Source: Centroscyllium fabricii (taxonomy: Eukaryota). From it: a stretch of 64,000 nt of DNA. A program made the translations under genes and the position numbers. The stretch lies in NCBI GenBank assembly GCA_051313645.2, contig JBNRSN020000010.1, positions 9,858,001-9,922,000 of the forward strand. Direction: 5' to 3'. Shown in pieces: positions 11,270-23,508 of the stretch (the first letter of the stretch is position 1; every line of letters begins with the position of its first letter). The notes under the pieces are model-generated. The model saw only the letters and a list, made by a program, of their open reading frames with translations. It was not told the origin of the DNA and made no database searches.

Positions 11270-12620
11270 ACGATGTTTAACACTAGTGTAATATAGGTTG
11301 TCACTAATATTGGAGGAGCACGATCAGTTTTACGGTAAGTGTCGGATACCTATAGTAAGGGAGTTCCACGTTCACCTATACAGTAAGTATCGTTTACCAT
11401 AAGTACAGGAGAAGCACTGGCAAAAAAAATGTAAATGTAGACGTAAGTCAAGTGATGGAGGAGCCTGCCCCACTCTTCTGTATGTTTAGCGAACCGCTAG
11501 TACACATGAATGCGCCCACTCCTGATGTAGATATAGACTGTCCCGAGTATAGGAGTAGCGTGGACATTACTACTGTAGGTGTAGAATATAAATAGTACAG
11601 GTGGAGCACCGTCAACTATACTGTGGGTGTAGAGTTTAAATAGCACAGAAGGCGTACGGTCAAATCTATTGTAGGTGCAGGATATCAATAGTACTTTCGG
11701 ATTATGGTCATCTCTACTGTACGTTTAGTGTCTAAATAGTACAGGAAGTAAAGGTCATATGTACTGTAGCTGCAGGATATCAATAGTACAGAATGAGCAC
11801 AGTCATCTGTAATTCAGTTGTCTTGCATAAATAGTACTGTAGGATAACTGTCATTTATTCTGTAGGTGTAGTATATTAACATTATCTGTGGAGAAAAGTC
11901 ATTTCTACTGTAGATTTCGTACATAAATAGTACCGGAGGAGAACGGTCATCTCTACTGTAGATGTAGAATATAAAACGTAAATGCGGAGGGCGGTCATCT
12001 CATCGCAATTCAATTCAATTTAATTCAATTCAGTTCAATTCAATTCAATCCTCTACTGTAGTTGTAGGGTATAAATGATACCGGTGGAGCACGGTCAACT
12101 CTGCTGTAGTTGTAGTGTATAAAGTGTACGGTTGGATCACGTTCAGCTCTAATGTAGTTGTGGTGTATAGGTTGTAGCGGAGGAGCACGGTCTTCTCTTC
12201 TGTAGGTGTTGTGTATAAGTAGTACCGGAGAAGCACGTTCATCTCTATTGCAGTTGTGTATAAATGGAGCACGGTCATCTCAACTATACGTGTAGTGTAT
12301 AAGTGATACAGGAGGAGCGTGGTCATCTTTACTATAGGTGTAGTGTATAAGAAATACGGGAGGAACACGGTCATTACTACTGTAGGTGTAGGATATAAAT
12401 ATTACTGTGGGGCAATATCAACTCTAGTGTTAGCGTAGGTTATCAATAGTAATGCAGATGAACTGTCACCACTAGTGTTGGTGTAGGTTATCACTTGCAG
12501 TAGAGGAACACGGTTACCGCGAGTGTTAGTGTAGTTTATGACTAGTAGAGGAGGAGCACGATCACGTCAAGTGTAAATTTTGGGAGATACTTGTACCAGA
12601 AGAAGAGCGTCACCTCTAAT
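11270..12620 (-). repeat. 48-bp satellite/minisatellite array, diverged relative of the 49-bp satellite
   Basis: GGAGCACGGTC-like motif at 12086, 12134, 12182, 12230 (period 48). The reverse-complement consensus GTAGAGATGACCGTGCTCCTCCGGTACTATTTATACACTACACCTACA aligns with the 49-mer of 35.7-38.8 kb and 53.5-64 kb. Confidence 0.9.
12006..12049. repeat. (CAATT)n microsatellite embedded in the satellite
   Basis: About 9 units directly visible. Confidence 0.9.
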
Positions 12621-12824
12621 TCTGCAGATCTGTGATCATCACCAATATTACACAATTTGTTTCAGCACCTGTTCTGGAAGAGTTGGAGCAGTAGGATTCA
12701 GTGAAGCGTAGGGACTGGGCGATGGCAGCCAGTGTAATTGTTTTCAACAGACCCGTTGGAATAGGGTCTGCTCCAGTTTTGGCAGTTTCCAGTTTGCATT
12801 TATAAGAATGTTTTATTGCGCATG

Positions 12825-13059
12825 TTTTTGAAACTGTACATTAACAATTTCACATATTTTTCTTAATCTGACGTTTGAGCAATTAAATCTTGCCTCAGTC
12901 AATTTGCTGAATTAATGTAAATAATGCCAATTATGTTTCAACATTATTGATTCCCTTAAAGATTAATGTGTTGATAAATATTTCTTCCCTTCCATTTTCG
13001 CAGCCGTGCGCCAGTCAAACTCATTTAGCTGCGGCAGAATCGATCCATTCCCACAGAAA
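12825..13059 (+). promoter_or_regulatory. Putative proximal promoter of GPCR copy 1
   Basis: Aligns by eye to the reverse complement of 52954-53200 and 35151-35390; shared TTAATCTG, TAATGC(C/G)AATT and TATA-like GATA(A/G)ATAT blocks. Confidence 0.55.
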
Positions 13060-13911
13060 ATGGGTCGACCAGCTCTGCTGCTGATAAAAGAGATTAACTA
13101 CACGATTCTGGCAACTTTTTGTTCCCCAGTGAGCCACTGTATCTTGCCTGTTGTTAATCGGTGTTTACTGTCTCTATGTTCGTATCGCATGCTGGATAAT
13201 GTAACTGTTCTACAGATGTCAGCGTGTCCGCACTTTCCACATATCCCTTAATGCCACAACATTAGTAATGTTACGATGATCTGTGCAGCTCCAACACAAG
13301 GATTTTTCCGATTTCCAGATCGGCTTCTCACCCCGTGCAGTGTGAGTGCAGACGTAGCTCATTAAAATGTGTGGGTGGGTTTCCCACGTAATAGCTCCAA
13401 TACCAACCCTGTTCTCACACTGCTCCGTGCTGAAAATCACAGTGAATGGAGCAACATGCTCTCAGCAGGGATCTCCATATACATTTCAATCAGGCAGCGT
13501 TAAATCAATGCTCTCCTCTCTCTTTCTTACAGCGAAATTGGTCACAATTGAGATACTCACCCGAGGAAACTGCGGCCTTTCCAAAGGAATTTCTGTCTAC
13601 ATGGTTGCCATGGCAACAACTGATCTACTGGTCATGATTTCCAATGTAGTAGTGTATTATATTCTCAGTTATCAATTTCCATTGTAATTCCTGTCCCTTA
13701 CTCCCATGTGTATGTTCAATCTATACATGAAAGCCGTCAGCTTCGATTTGTCTGTTTGGTTCAACGTCTCCTTTACATTTGACCGATGTTTAATTATCTG
13801 TTTTCAGAAGTTTAAAGTACCTTATTCATAGAATCATAGAAATTTTACAGTGCGGATAAGGGCCATTCGGCCCATCCAGTCCGCACCGGCCCAGAAAAAC
13901 TCCTCACTGTA

Positions 13912-16802
13912 CTAACCCCAGTTGCCCGCACCTGGCCCATAACCCTGTATGTTATGGTCCTTCATGTGCTGGTCCAAGTATTTTTTAAATGTTGTGATGG
14001 TTCCTGCCTCCACCACCCTCACAGGCAGGGAGTTCCAGTCTTCCACCACCCTCTGGGTAAATAAATTTCTCCTTACCTCCCCCCTAAACCTCCCCCCCCT
14101 GATCTTCAATCTATGTCCCCTAGTGCTTGACTCTCCCACCAGGGGAAACAATGCACCTTTGTCTACCCTATCGTGTCCCCTCATGATCTTGTACACCTCA
14201 ATCATGTCACCCCTCCACCTTCTCTTCTCCAAGGCAAACAACCCCAGCCTGTCCAGCCTTTCCTCGTAGCACAGGTCCCCCAGACCAGGTATCATCCTGG
14301 TAAACCTTCTCTGCACCCTCTCCAGGGCAGCCACATCCTTCCTGTAGTGCGGTGACCAGAACTGCACACAGTACTCCAGCTGAGGTCTCACCAGTGTGTT
14401 ATACAAGTTTAACATTACCTCCCTACTTTTGTATACTATGCCCTGGTTAATAAAGGCGAGAATTCCGTATGCCTTCTTAACTACCTTGTTAACGTGTCCA
14501 GCAACCTTCAGGGAGCTGTGCACCTGTACCCCCAGGTCCCTCTGTTCCTCGGTCCTATTTAACGTTTTGTTGTTCATGGTATATTCCCTTACCCCATTTG
14601 GTCTACCGAATTGTATGACCTCGCATTTCTCTGGGTTGAACTCCATTTGCCATTTTTCTGCCCAATTAACCATTATATCTATATCCTCCTGAAGCCCCTT
14701 ACTATCCTCATCGTTGTTTACCACCCTTCCGATTTTCGTATCATCAGCGAATTTGCTGATCGTACCCCCTACTCCCATATCCAAATCGTTGATGTATACT
14801 AGAAACAGTAAGGGTCCCAAAACCGATCCTTGGGGGACGCCACTGGTTACTGGTTTCCAGTCACAGAAGCAGCCCTCTACCATTACCCTTTGTCTCCTAT
14901 CCCCCAGCCAATTTTCGATCCACTGTGCCAAGTTACCCTGTATCCCGTGCGCTCTAACCTTTGTTATTAGTCTCCTATGTGGGACTTTATCAAAAGCTTT
15001 GCTAAAGTCCATATACACTACGTCCACAGTACTCCCTTCATCCACCCTCTTTGTTACCTCCTCAAAGAATTCCAACAGATTGGTCAGGCACGACTTACCT
15101 TTGACGAAGCCATGCTGACTGTCTCTTATTAGACCTTGGTTGTCCAAATGCGAACTGATTTTATCCCTCAGAATTTTTTCCATTACTTTCCCCACTACAG
15201 ATGTAAGACTGATTGGTCTGTAGTTGCCCGGTTTGTCCCTACTACCCTTTTTAAACAGGGGTACTACATTAGCCGTTCTCCAGTCCTCAGGTACATCCCC
15301 TGACGCGAGAGAGGTCCTGAAGATTTGAGACAGGGGACCCGCAAGCTCCTCCCTGGCCTCGAACAGCAGCCTGGGGAACATTGCGTCCGGCCCTGGTGAT
15401 TTGTCCACCTTTAAGCCTCCCAAGATTTCTAGAACTTCTTCCCTTGTAATGGTAATATCCTCAATTACCCCCCCTACATTCTGTCCGATTTCGATGTCGG
15501 TATCGTCCCTCTCTCTTGTGAATACTGAAGAGAAGAATTCATTTAGTACCTCCCCCACCTCCTCGGGCTCGACGCACAGCTTTCCGCTATCGTCTTTAAT
15601 GGGCCCCACCCTTTCCCTCGTGATCCTTTTGTTTTTTATATAACTATAAAATGCCTTAGGGTTATCCTTGATTTTACCGGCCATTGTAATCTCATGACCT
15701 CTCTTGGCTTTTCTTATCTCCTTCTTTAAATCCCCCCTATATTTCTTATACTCCCCTAGTGCCTCCTCAGTTTTTAGCCGTTTATATTCATTAAAAGCCC
15801 CCCTTTTTTTCTTCATTAATTTACATATATCCCTAGACATCCAAGGTTCCCTTTGTTTGTCTCCCCCACCCTTAATTTTTGCAGGAACATTTTCCTCCTG
15901 TATCTTCCCGACTTCCCCTCTGAAGGCCTCCCACTGCTCTGATGCAGATCTTCCTCTGAGGAGATGGCCCCAATCTACTGCGGTTACATCGTTCCTAATT
16001 TTATTGAAATCCGCCTTCCCCCAGTTTAGTATTTTTACCCCTGGTCCATTTTTATCTTTCTCCATTACAATTTTGAAACTAACTGAATTGTGGTCGCTAT
16101 CCCCGAAGTGCTCCCCCACTGTTACCTCCTCTATCTGCCCGTCCTCGTTCCCAAGTATTAGGTCTAGTACCGCCCCCCCCCCTTGTAGGTGACCCAACAT
16201 ATTGTTTCAAAAAATTATCTTGGCTGCATTGTAAGAATGCTGAACCATCCGTGCCCCTCACACTTTGATTCTCCCAGTTGATATTGGGGAAATTAAAGTC
16301 CCCTAGTATTGTTACTTTATTATTTTCACTTATCTTCGTGATTTGTTCACATATCTTATCCTCTACCTCCCCTTTACTGTTTGGTGGTCTATAATATACT
16401 CCCAGTAAGGTGCCCCCCCCTTTTTTATTTTTTACCTCCACCCATAGTGCCTCGTTTGAGGATTCGTCCATTAGGTCGACCCGCCTAATGGCTGTGATTG
16501 AATCCTTAATCAGTATCGCTACCCCCCCCCCCCCTTTTACCCTCGTCCCTGTCCCGCCTGAAAATTCTATACCCCGGAATGTTTAGCTGCCATTCTTGCC
16601 CCTCTTTCAGCCACGTCTCCGTGATAGCTACTATATCATATTCCCATGAGTCAACCAATACCTTTAACTCATCCACTTTGTTAGTCAGGCTCCTTGCGTT
16701 AAAGTATATGCCTTTCATTCTCTGTCCTAAAACTACCTTGTTTTGCTGTCTAGTCTGCTTTCCTTTATTAGGTTGTGTTCCCCTATCCATTATACCTTCC
16801 AT
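13912..16802 (-). CDS. CR1 ORF2: APE endonuclease + reverse transcriptase (two +1 shifts in poly-G runs)
   Basis: EN motifs YFNARSL, AITETWL, GVYYRPP, LGDFNFP, SDHNSV; RT motifs YRPISLTS, DFSKAFDKVPH, GVPQGSVLGP, FADDTK. Split across ORFs 16506-16802, 16097-16471 and 13912-16200 only at homopolymers. Confidence 0.9.
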
Positions 16803-16825
16803 CTGGGTCCCCTCCCCCTGCCAAA

Positions 16826-17380
16826 TTAGTTTAAACCCACCCCAACCCGGCTAGCAAACCTTCCCGCAAGGATATTGGTCCCCTTCTGGTTCAGGTGCAA
16901 TCCGTCCTGCATGTAGAGGTTCCACCTTCCACAGAAGTAAGACCAATTGTCCAAAAAGCTGAAACCCTCCCTCCTACACCAATCTCTTAGCCACGAATTA
17001 AGCTGCTCTATCTTACGGTTCCTGTACTCATTAGCTCGTGGCACTGGGAGTAATCCAGAGATTACAACCTTTGGGGTCCTGCTTTTTAGCTTCTTACCTA
17101 GCTCCTTAAATTTTCTTTGCAGGACCTCGTCCCCCTGTTTTCCTATGTCGTTGGTGCCAATGTGGACCACAACTTCTACCTGGTCCCCTGCCCCCCTCAA
17201 GATGTCCTGCAGCCGCTCCGTGACATCCCGGACCCTGGCACCAGGGAGGCAAGTAACCATCCTGGTGTCACGTCCGCGGCCGCAGAACCGCCTCTCTGTG
17301 CTCCTTACAATTGAATCCCCTATTACTACTGCTGGCACACTAGTTTCCCTCCCTTTCTGGGCAGCCCCAGCACCCCCAGT
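16826..17380 (-). CDS. CR1 ORF1 C-terminal SGNH/GDSL esterase-like domain (5'-truncated)
   Basis: AVVIGDSIVR...CLPGARV...HIGTND...DGLHLN motifs (ORF 16826-17338). Confidence 0.88.
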   Translation of the reverse strand, partial: TGGAGAAQKGRETSVPAVVIGDSIVRSTERRFCGRGRDTRMVTCLPGARVRDVTERLQDILRGAGDQVEVVVHIGTNDIGKQGDEVLQRKFKELGKKLKSRTPKVVISGLLPVPRANEYRNRKIEQLNSWLRDWCRREGFSFLDNWSYFCGRWNLYMQDGLHLNQKGTNILAGRFASRVGVGLN

Positions 17381-20300
17381 GCACCGAGAGAACTGCGGAC
17401 GCGGTTATAACAGCATTCTCGGTCCTGATCTTTTTAAAGGAAATTCCCATATTGTTTGCATTTTAACCACAGCAAATAATTAACCAAGTGCCGTGGGGCT
17501 GCCGGAATTGTGTAGATTTTCTTTCCTCGCCTCACGGTGAAGCGTATCTCTGGTTTCACACCACATGGCGCGCTTGGCTTCCCTTCACCTTAATGGGCTT
17601 GTTTAATTGTTTGACGGTCAGACTTATACTGTTGGCCAGCAGATCGCGCAGGGCATTCCAGGGATAGAGCAGTGTGAACTTCTGCGATGCAGAGATGGAA
17701 AGCCGAAGGAAATTCATCATTTTCCTCTTCGCTATTTCGGGGAGTTATATATTGCTGTAGATGACAACCTCCGTGAATTTCTTAACTACCAGAATGACAA
17801 ATGTCAGTTATTACCGAGGCGACCGCACAATCCTAGACTATATCGGCACTGAAACCGCAGATCTGCTGAAGCTTTTGAGCGCCTGTGCGAACACATGTAT
17901 CTATGCAGCGACCCAGAGGAAAACCAGAGAAGAGCTGCAGAATGTTTTGAAATCTCCGTGGACACTCATTCTGAGATATGTTAAACATGAAAGAAAGCTG
18001 AACTAGAGCTTCGGTCGTGACATTTGAATTCCGTTATACCTCCTGATGTAGTTTAGAATGAGGCTTTCTCTTGTAACCGTTAAGTACGGATTGTTGTTTG
18101 TAAAATATAACAGGTACTGGTGGTACACGTTCAGGCACGCTAGTATATTTGGCGCCCTTTGTAGCACTTAACGACAACGAACACCGTAGGTTTCCGCAGT
18201 TCTTTGGCCGAGTGTCTCCTCCCAAACAAGTACATTCCCCCTTAAGAACTTGTAATGACCGTGATGAAGGGAAATGTAAAAGGCAAAGACAATAGTTGAT
18301 CAAGGAGTTTAATATCTGATCCTGCGCCGGCTGTAATCAGTTCTATCATATATTGGACGGATCAATCATCAGTTTTAGGGAAATATTTTATCGTTTACAA
18401 CTCTCGGTCCAATTACTTTTTTCTAACAGGTTTGGTGAAAATGTTACTTGGACTGATTGCCGCAGCAAGGGCCGCTTCACCCCTTCTCCTGGAAACAAGC
18501 AGCGTTGCCGCTGTCCCCTTCACAGTATTGGGATGTTTCACCACGATCTGAATGTTTACTGGAGTTTCCTCGTTTTACCATTTTTTCTGACGTCTCTAAG
18601 AAATATGGGAAGTCTGCCCAGCAATATTTAAAAAGTTGCTCCTTGCTGTTAATAAATGTATTATGTTGAATCTATGTGTTATTAACGTGTATCAGCGACC
18701 CTGTAACTTGGCAAATGAACATACGAATTAAGGATTTATAATCGGGTCATTTCAGGCAGGGATCAATAATCAGGGCTCTCAGATATTTACATGGCATAAT
18801 CCGCTGTATGTGTTGTTGCGCTAACAGAAGAATGTAATATGCCCATCGCTTTTGTCAACTGGTATTGACCGGGACCCCCAGTGGAAGGCGGTGTTTTGTG
18901 TGAGCCGGCCGCCATCGCTGGTGACCTTGGTGTGAGAGGGTTTCCCGGGGATACGTATTCAGATGAGGGTTCGATGCAATGTATTAGCATTTTGTTCGAC
19001 CTCCAATTTAAGTGCCCCGATTGAAAGTGGTTTCAAAATTAGTCTGCATTACACGTGTATTCAGAATGAAACATATCGAGGAGAAGCTGTCCCTCGAATT
19101 GGGTAAATCCATGGTAAATCCATTTTTCGCACTGCAGGATCTGCAAGAAAGTCAGCGGACTGTCTCTGAAAGCTTCCCCTGTTCAATTCAGTATCCCGGG
19201 TTCTACATATAAACAGACAGCTCTCTGTCCGCTTGATCTTCACAAATCTTCTGAAATTAATGGACGCCGCAGATGTTATTTGTTTTGTTGGTTATTATAT
19301 ATGCTAAACTGATTGGCTTGAATGCATTTTTTTCGCCCAGTCGGATTGTATTTTTATCGCCGTGCGTTCATTGTGCTGCATGCCTGTCCTTATCAGTCCG
19401 TTTAAGATTCGTGGAATCTGAATATTCTGAAAGTAGGGTGATTTTCAAAATCGGCCTGAACGAAAATCGGGCTGCAGTGCACTGGGCGCCAGAAAAACAC
19501 CCCGCCGACTTTTCCTTTTAGTTGTCTATAACAAAAATAAAATTGGGTGGCTGTAAAATACGTCGCTGCCAATCGACAGAATTCACTCAAGCTAAGTAAA
19601 AATCCCAGAGTGATTGACATGCTTCCTATATTCCGATTACTAATTTATAAAATTCTGACTAATTTGAAGTAGGCTCCAACTGTTTCAAGACTCTTTACTG
19701 TTAGACTCAGTTGGGTAGAGCAGCCTTTGGATTGCGTGTCCGTTTATAATTAGTTTATATGAAATCTAATCGCTCATAAATTCGTACACTCGGTAACAGC
19801 TGTAAATGTTTATTTAAACTATTTTGCATAATCGGGTCGAAATAAACTGTTTAATAATTGGGATATATCTTAGACGTAGTTCCCTATTGTGTATCTATAA
19901 GTCGGAGCTCGATGATCGCGTTGGATGTGTTTTTATCACAGTGCAGGGAATTCTGTTGTTGGAGAATGTTAGTGGAGGATTTCAGAGCTCCGTCTGAGTC
20001 TGGCGGTGGTCCTTACATCGGAATCTGCCTCTTGTTCCACATAATGCTAGAGGAATGTAAAGGGATCGTTAACTCAGCCGTAGTTAAATACATTTTATGT
20101 TATATTAATGGGGGGAAATGAATGCCCAGAGCTGATGTCCACACGTCTAATATTCCCGAAAAAGAACAGCACGGATAAATATTAGTGATGTATTTATTAA
20201 CCTTGAAAACGTCAAATAAAACAGCCGAACATACAAACTGCAAGGCTTTAAAAATGCAGGAGCTCCAGAAAAAAATTGGTGACACGTCACTGAATCAGCT

Positions 20301-21230
20301 GAGCTTTGCACCCATGGCTGTTAGTGTCACAAATGTGACGAACCAGTTTCACTTTTGAAGCACTTGCTCAGTCATCAGGAACCCCCACTGCAGACTATGG
20401 CTATCTTCACGCTGGCCCGCAGAAATTGAGGACAGAGTCTGATAGGCTTAGAACAGGAAATGCTGCACTCCATCAGTGTCTATGCCAGAATGTTTCCACC
20501 TCCTCAGTGACAAGATGTAATTTTCCCCAGTCCCGGAATTCCGCCGGACCACAAAGTGAGGGCAGAAAACCCAACATCAAGTCAGTCAGCCGCACAATAT
20601 CAGTTCTCGGTACAACTATTCAAGCAACAAACACGAGAATTGGAACAAATATCACTGGACAAGGCCAATCGGACATTAATTGTGTAATGCGTAACGTGCC
20701 AGATAATAAACTTGAATTAAGATAAGGTCATCAAATTAAAGTAATTTCTTCATTTATTTGACAATAAATTTAGTTTTATGAACGTTCGTTTAAATTAAAT
20801 TAATGTTAGTTTATTTTTAAATTATCTTTAAGCTGGCATCGTCATTTTTGTCTCTATGGAAATGAGGTGCTGCAACTTACATTGATAACAAAAATTAATA
20901 TTTCTGTGACAGGTTGGAAATCCAGGCGCCTGATGCTAATAACGTCACCATGTAGGCCTCTATCTGCTCGAAATTATGCTCTGAGATCCTGAGATTTCGA
21001 GCGACTGGAGTGACTGCAGGGCTGAGAATTTGCTCGACCACGTATTTCAGGATGTGGTCACATCACAGACACAGCGAGTTCAGGAGGATACTAAGTTGGT
21101 AGCAATGGGCAGTGTATATGAAGCAGGTGTCGCAGCGATCCGCCGGGGCTGTGGCACTCACATGGAACTGGCCGATTACAGACCTAAAGGAAAATCATCT
21201 GCAGGCAGGGTGCATGTCTCAGGTACTAAT

Positions 21231-22065
21231 GGGCCCTGTTTTCCTGTGCTCCAGAGGAGCTGCACACCCACGAAGGGGTTTCCGAAATGCCTCCTGGGTG
21301 TGCAGCAGGGGGGATTCCCACGAACGGGAATTTCCTGTGCTGATGGGCAAGGCCCTTCAGCTCCCAACGCAGGAAGACCATGCACTGACGATTCCTGTCA
21401 GAACGGGTGATTTTTGGAGAGTGAGTCCGTGTGCAACTGGCTCACAAGCTGCCCACAAAAATCGAGGTGTAAGAGGGAGAAGATTTAGTTTTTGAAGCAG
21501 GTAAGTTAATTTTTTTAATTTAATTTTATTTTTTTACAGTTTTGGGGAGTAGTGTGGCCAGATCGGTAGCGTTAAAGTTTTAAGTTAAAGTTTTTTTTTT
21601 TAAATTACAAATTCGATTTTAAGTTAATTTACCTTTTTCAAATCGCTAATATTTAAAGTGAAATTTCTTAAATTTTTTACTCTCTAGCTAATTAAAAAAT
21701 TAAAAAATCTAAGAGGAAAATATGGCTGACTCACCTTCCGTTTCTTCCTCTGAGAAGCTGCTGTGCCCCCGCGGTGCTCCCCCGGAGTCTGTTGCTGCCG
21801 CTCCGCACTTCCCTGCTCTCACTAAGGTCCGACTCGGGATCTGGTCATTTAAATTAGGGATCTGGGGGGCGTTTTTTATTTAAATTTGGGATCTGTGGGC
21901 GGGGCTTACACTGCGCACCTAGCGGCTGCACTGCCACGCAGCGCAGGAACGGGGAGGAACGGACAGGAAATTGACGTTCTGTTTTCTGAAAAAATTGGTG
22001 CGTGCGATTAGGCAGCCCCAGGGTCCTAGCGCACGTACTAACTGTAACACAGGAACACAGGGCCC
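21231..22065. mobile_element. PIF/Harbinger-type MITE, family A, copy 1
   Basis: TIRs GGGCCCTGTTTTCCTGTG / CACAGGAACACAGGGCCC; 3-bp TSD AAT (21228-21230, 22066-22068); inverted homolog at 49706-50501. Confidence 0.88.
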
Positions 22066-22089
22066 AATACTTTGCATGTGCCTTCATTA

Positions 22090-22965
22090 AAGAAAAGCAT
22101 GTTGGTAATGTTGCTGTAAAGGAGGCGATAGTAGATAAATTGGATTGAAAAAAACCATAAATAAAATGGAGGCATTTAAACGGTTGGCAGCGCTCAATGA
22201 AGAAACGTCACTCGGCCCAAATGGGTGTGTCCTAGTTAGCTGAGGGAAGTACTGGTTGAATTTTCAAAGGCTCTCGAAATGCTAATTCTTCCAATCATCC
22301 TGAGATATGGTGGTACTGCCAGAGAAATGGTGGATTGCAAATATTAAACGCCGTTCTAAAATGGGAGAGGGATAAACGTGGCAGCTTCAGGCAAGTCAAT
22401 TTAAAGTCACGCAGAAACATTTAGAACCAATCGGAAAGCTATTTAATTTGGACTTGGAAACTGCGGGTTAATCAATGAAAGCCAGCAAGGATTTTTTTAT
22501 TGACTGGATCCAGTCCTTCCAAGAAATAAATGAGGGGGTTGATGAGGATAGAGCAGTTGATGTTGTGTATATGGATTTTAATAAAGGCGTTTGATAAAGT
22601 ACTACATGGTAGCGAAATATTAGCCAATATTTAATTTAAAATTGATAACAGAAAATGCAAGCTTAAGATAAGTGCAAGGTAAGTAGTTCAGCGGAGCACC
22701 AAGCTAAATACAACTTTTGGAGGGGTTTGATAAATTAAAAATGAATACATTGTTGCAGGCGGCAGTTTGCCTGTTAAGCAGAGGACACTGATTCATATTA
22801 ATTGGCACAATACGAGCCGGCACATAAAATATAAAATAAATGAAATAAATATGTAGCAGAGGAGTGGAACTAATTGGTTAACTCGTTCAAAGAGCCGGCA
22901 CAGGCACAATGGGCCAAATGGCCTCAATCAGTCCTGTATAATTCTATGATTCTTTGATTGTATGA
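22090..22965 (+). mobile_element. Old degenerate CR1 (RT fragments and 3' end)
   Basis: Traces gttgatgttgtgtatatggattttaataaaggcgtttgataaagtactacat (~VDVVYMDF.KAFDKV.H) and tail gggccaaatggcctc...ttctatgattct. Confidence 0.65.
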
Positions 22966-23444
22966 TCTTCGTGCCATTCTCCACAGTCAGTCGCAGTGTA
23001 GGGTGGAAATTTAACAAAGGCGGAACTAAGAAAGCGGAGATACTGATTGTGGGAAGCGGATATGGAATCTTAACATATATTCGGGAGATGATGCGCACAG
23101 TGAAGAGCTCAGACTGCTGAGAAAGAGAGTGAATGCTCCGCTAGATCGTCCTTTAACAGAAATTGTAATCCGTCTGAAAACTATAGAATGTATTTGATTA
23201 TTGCTAGTGGTTCAATTCTACCGCATCACACACTATACTGAATTATTAGAATTCATAAATAAAGGTAACAAATTCTTAGAAATCATTTAAAATTGGTATT
23301 TGATGTAAATATATGGGTTTTATCAGCAATTACCTGTGAGAAATTTATCTTGTATTTGCACCACAACCTTGCATCTCTTTCAAGAGCCGGATCCTGATAT
23401 TTTTGGAAAAATTGCACAATCAAGATAATCAGCCCAGTACCCGG

Positions 23445-23508
23445 CTCCCATAATGCACCGGTTCATTTTGAGTCTCTATGAAGGGTGGACTACAACTCCC
23501 AGAATGCA
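23445..23508 (+). promoter_or_regulatory. Tandem ZNF143 (SBS) and THAP11-ZNF143 composite motifs
   Basis: CTCCCATAATGCACC at 23445-23459 and ACTACAACTCCCAGAATGCA at 23489-23508 match the established vertebrate consensus ACTACAnnTCCCAnnATGC. Confidence 0.6.

Larger units (their letters stand above)
13827..17380 (-). mobile_element. Young 5'-truncated CR1 LINE (3' part of ORF1, complete ORF2, 3' tail)
   Basis: Tail repeat (catagaat)x2 at 13827; ORF1 esterase and ORF2 EN-RT present; inserted between TAT-T and GC-ACC of the GPCR exon with 0-1 bp TSD. Confidence 0.97.
13060..18006 (+). pseudogene. GPR139-like class A GPCR pseudogene (copy 1), split by a CR1 insertion
   Basis: Exon 1 at 13060-13128 (MGRPALLLIKEINYTILATFCSP; donor gtgagc, one nt short relative to paralogs). 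Exon 2 at 13533-13826 plus 17381-18006 (after acceptor tttcttacag) carries RGNCGLSKGISVYMVAMATTDLLV, FTFDRC, YCTERTA and NTCIYAATQRK. In-frame stops at 13685 and three more in the 17.4-17.8 kb part. Confidence 0.92.

Noticed and set aside
12045-12374. ORF with a 16-aa repeat (TVLLRYYLYTTP...)
   Set aside because: A by-product of the 48-bp period being divisible by 3; no evidence of a gene.
13949-17483. Plus-strand ORFs across the CR1
   Set aside because: Antisense shadows of CR1 ORF1/ORF2.
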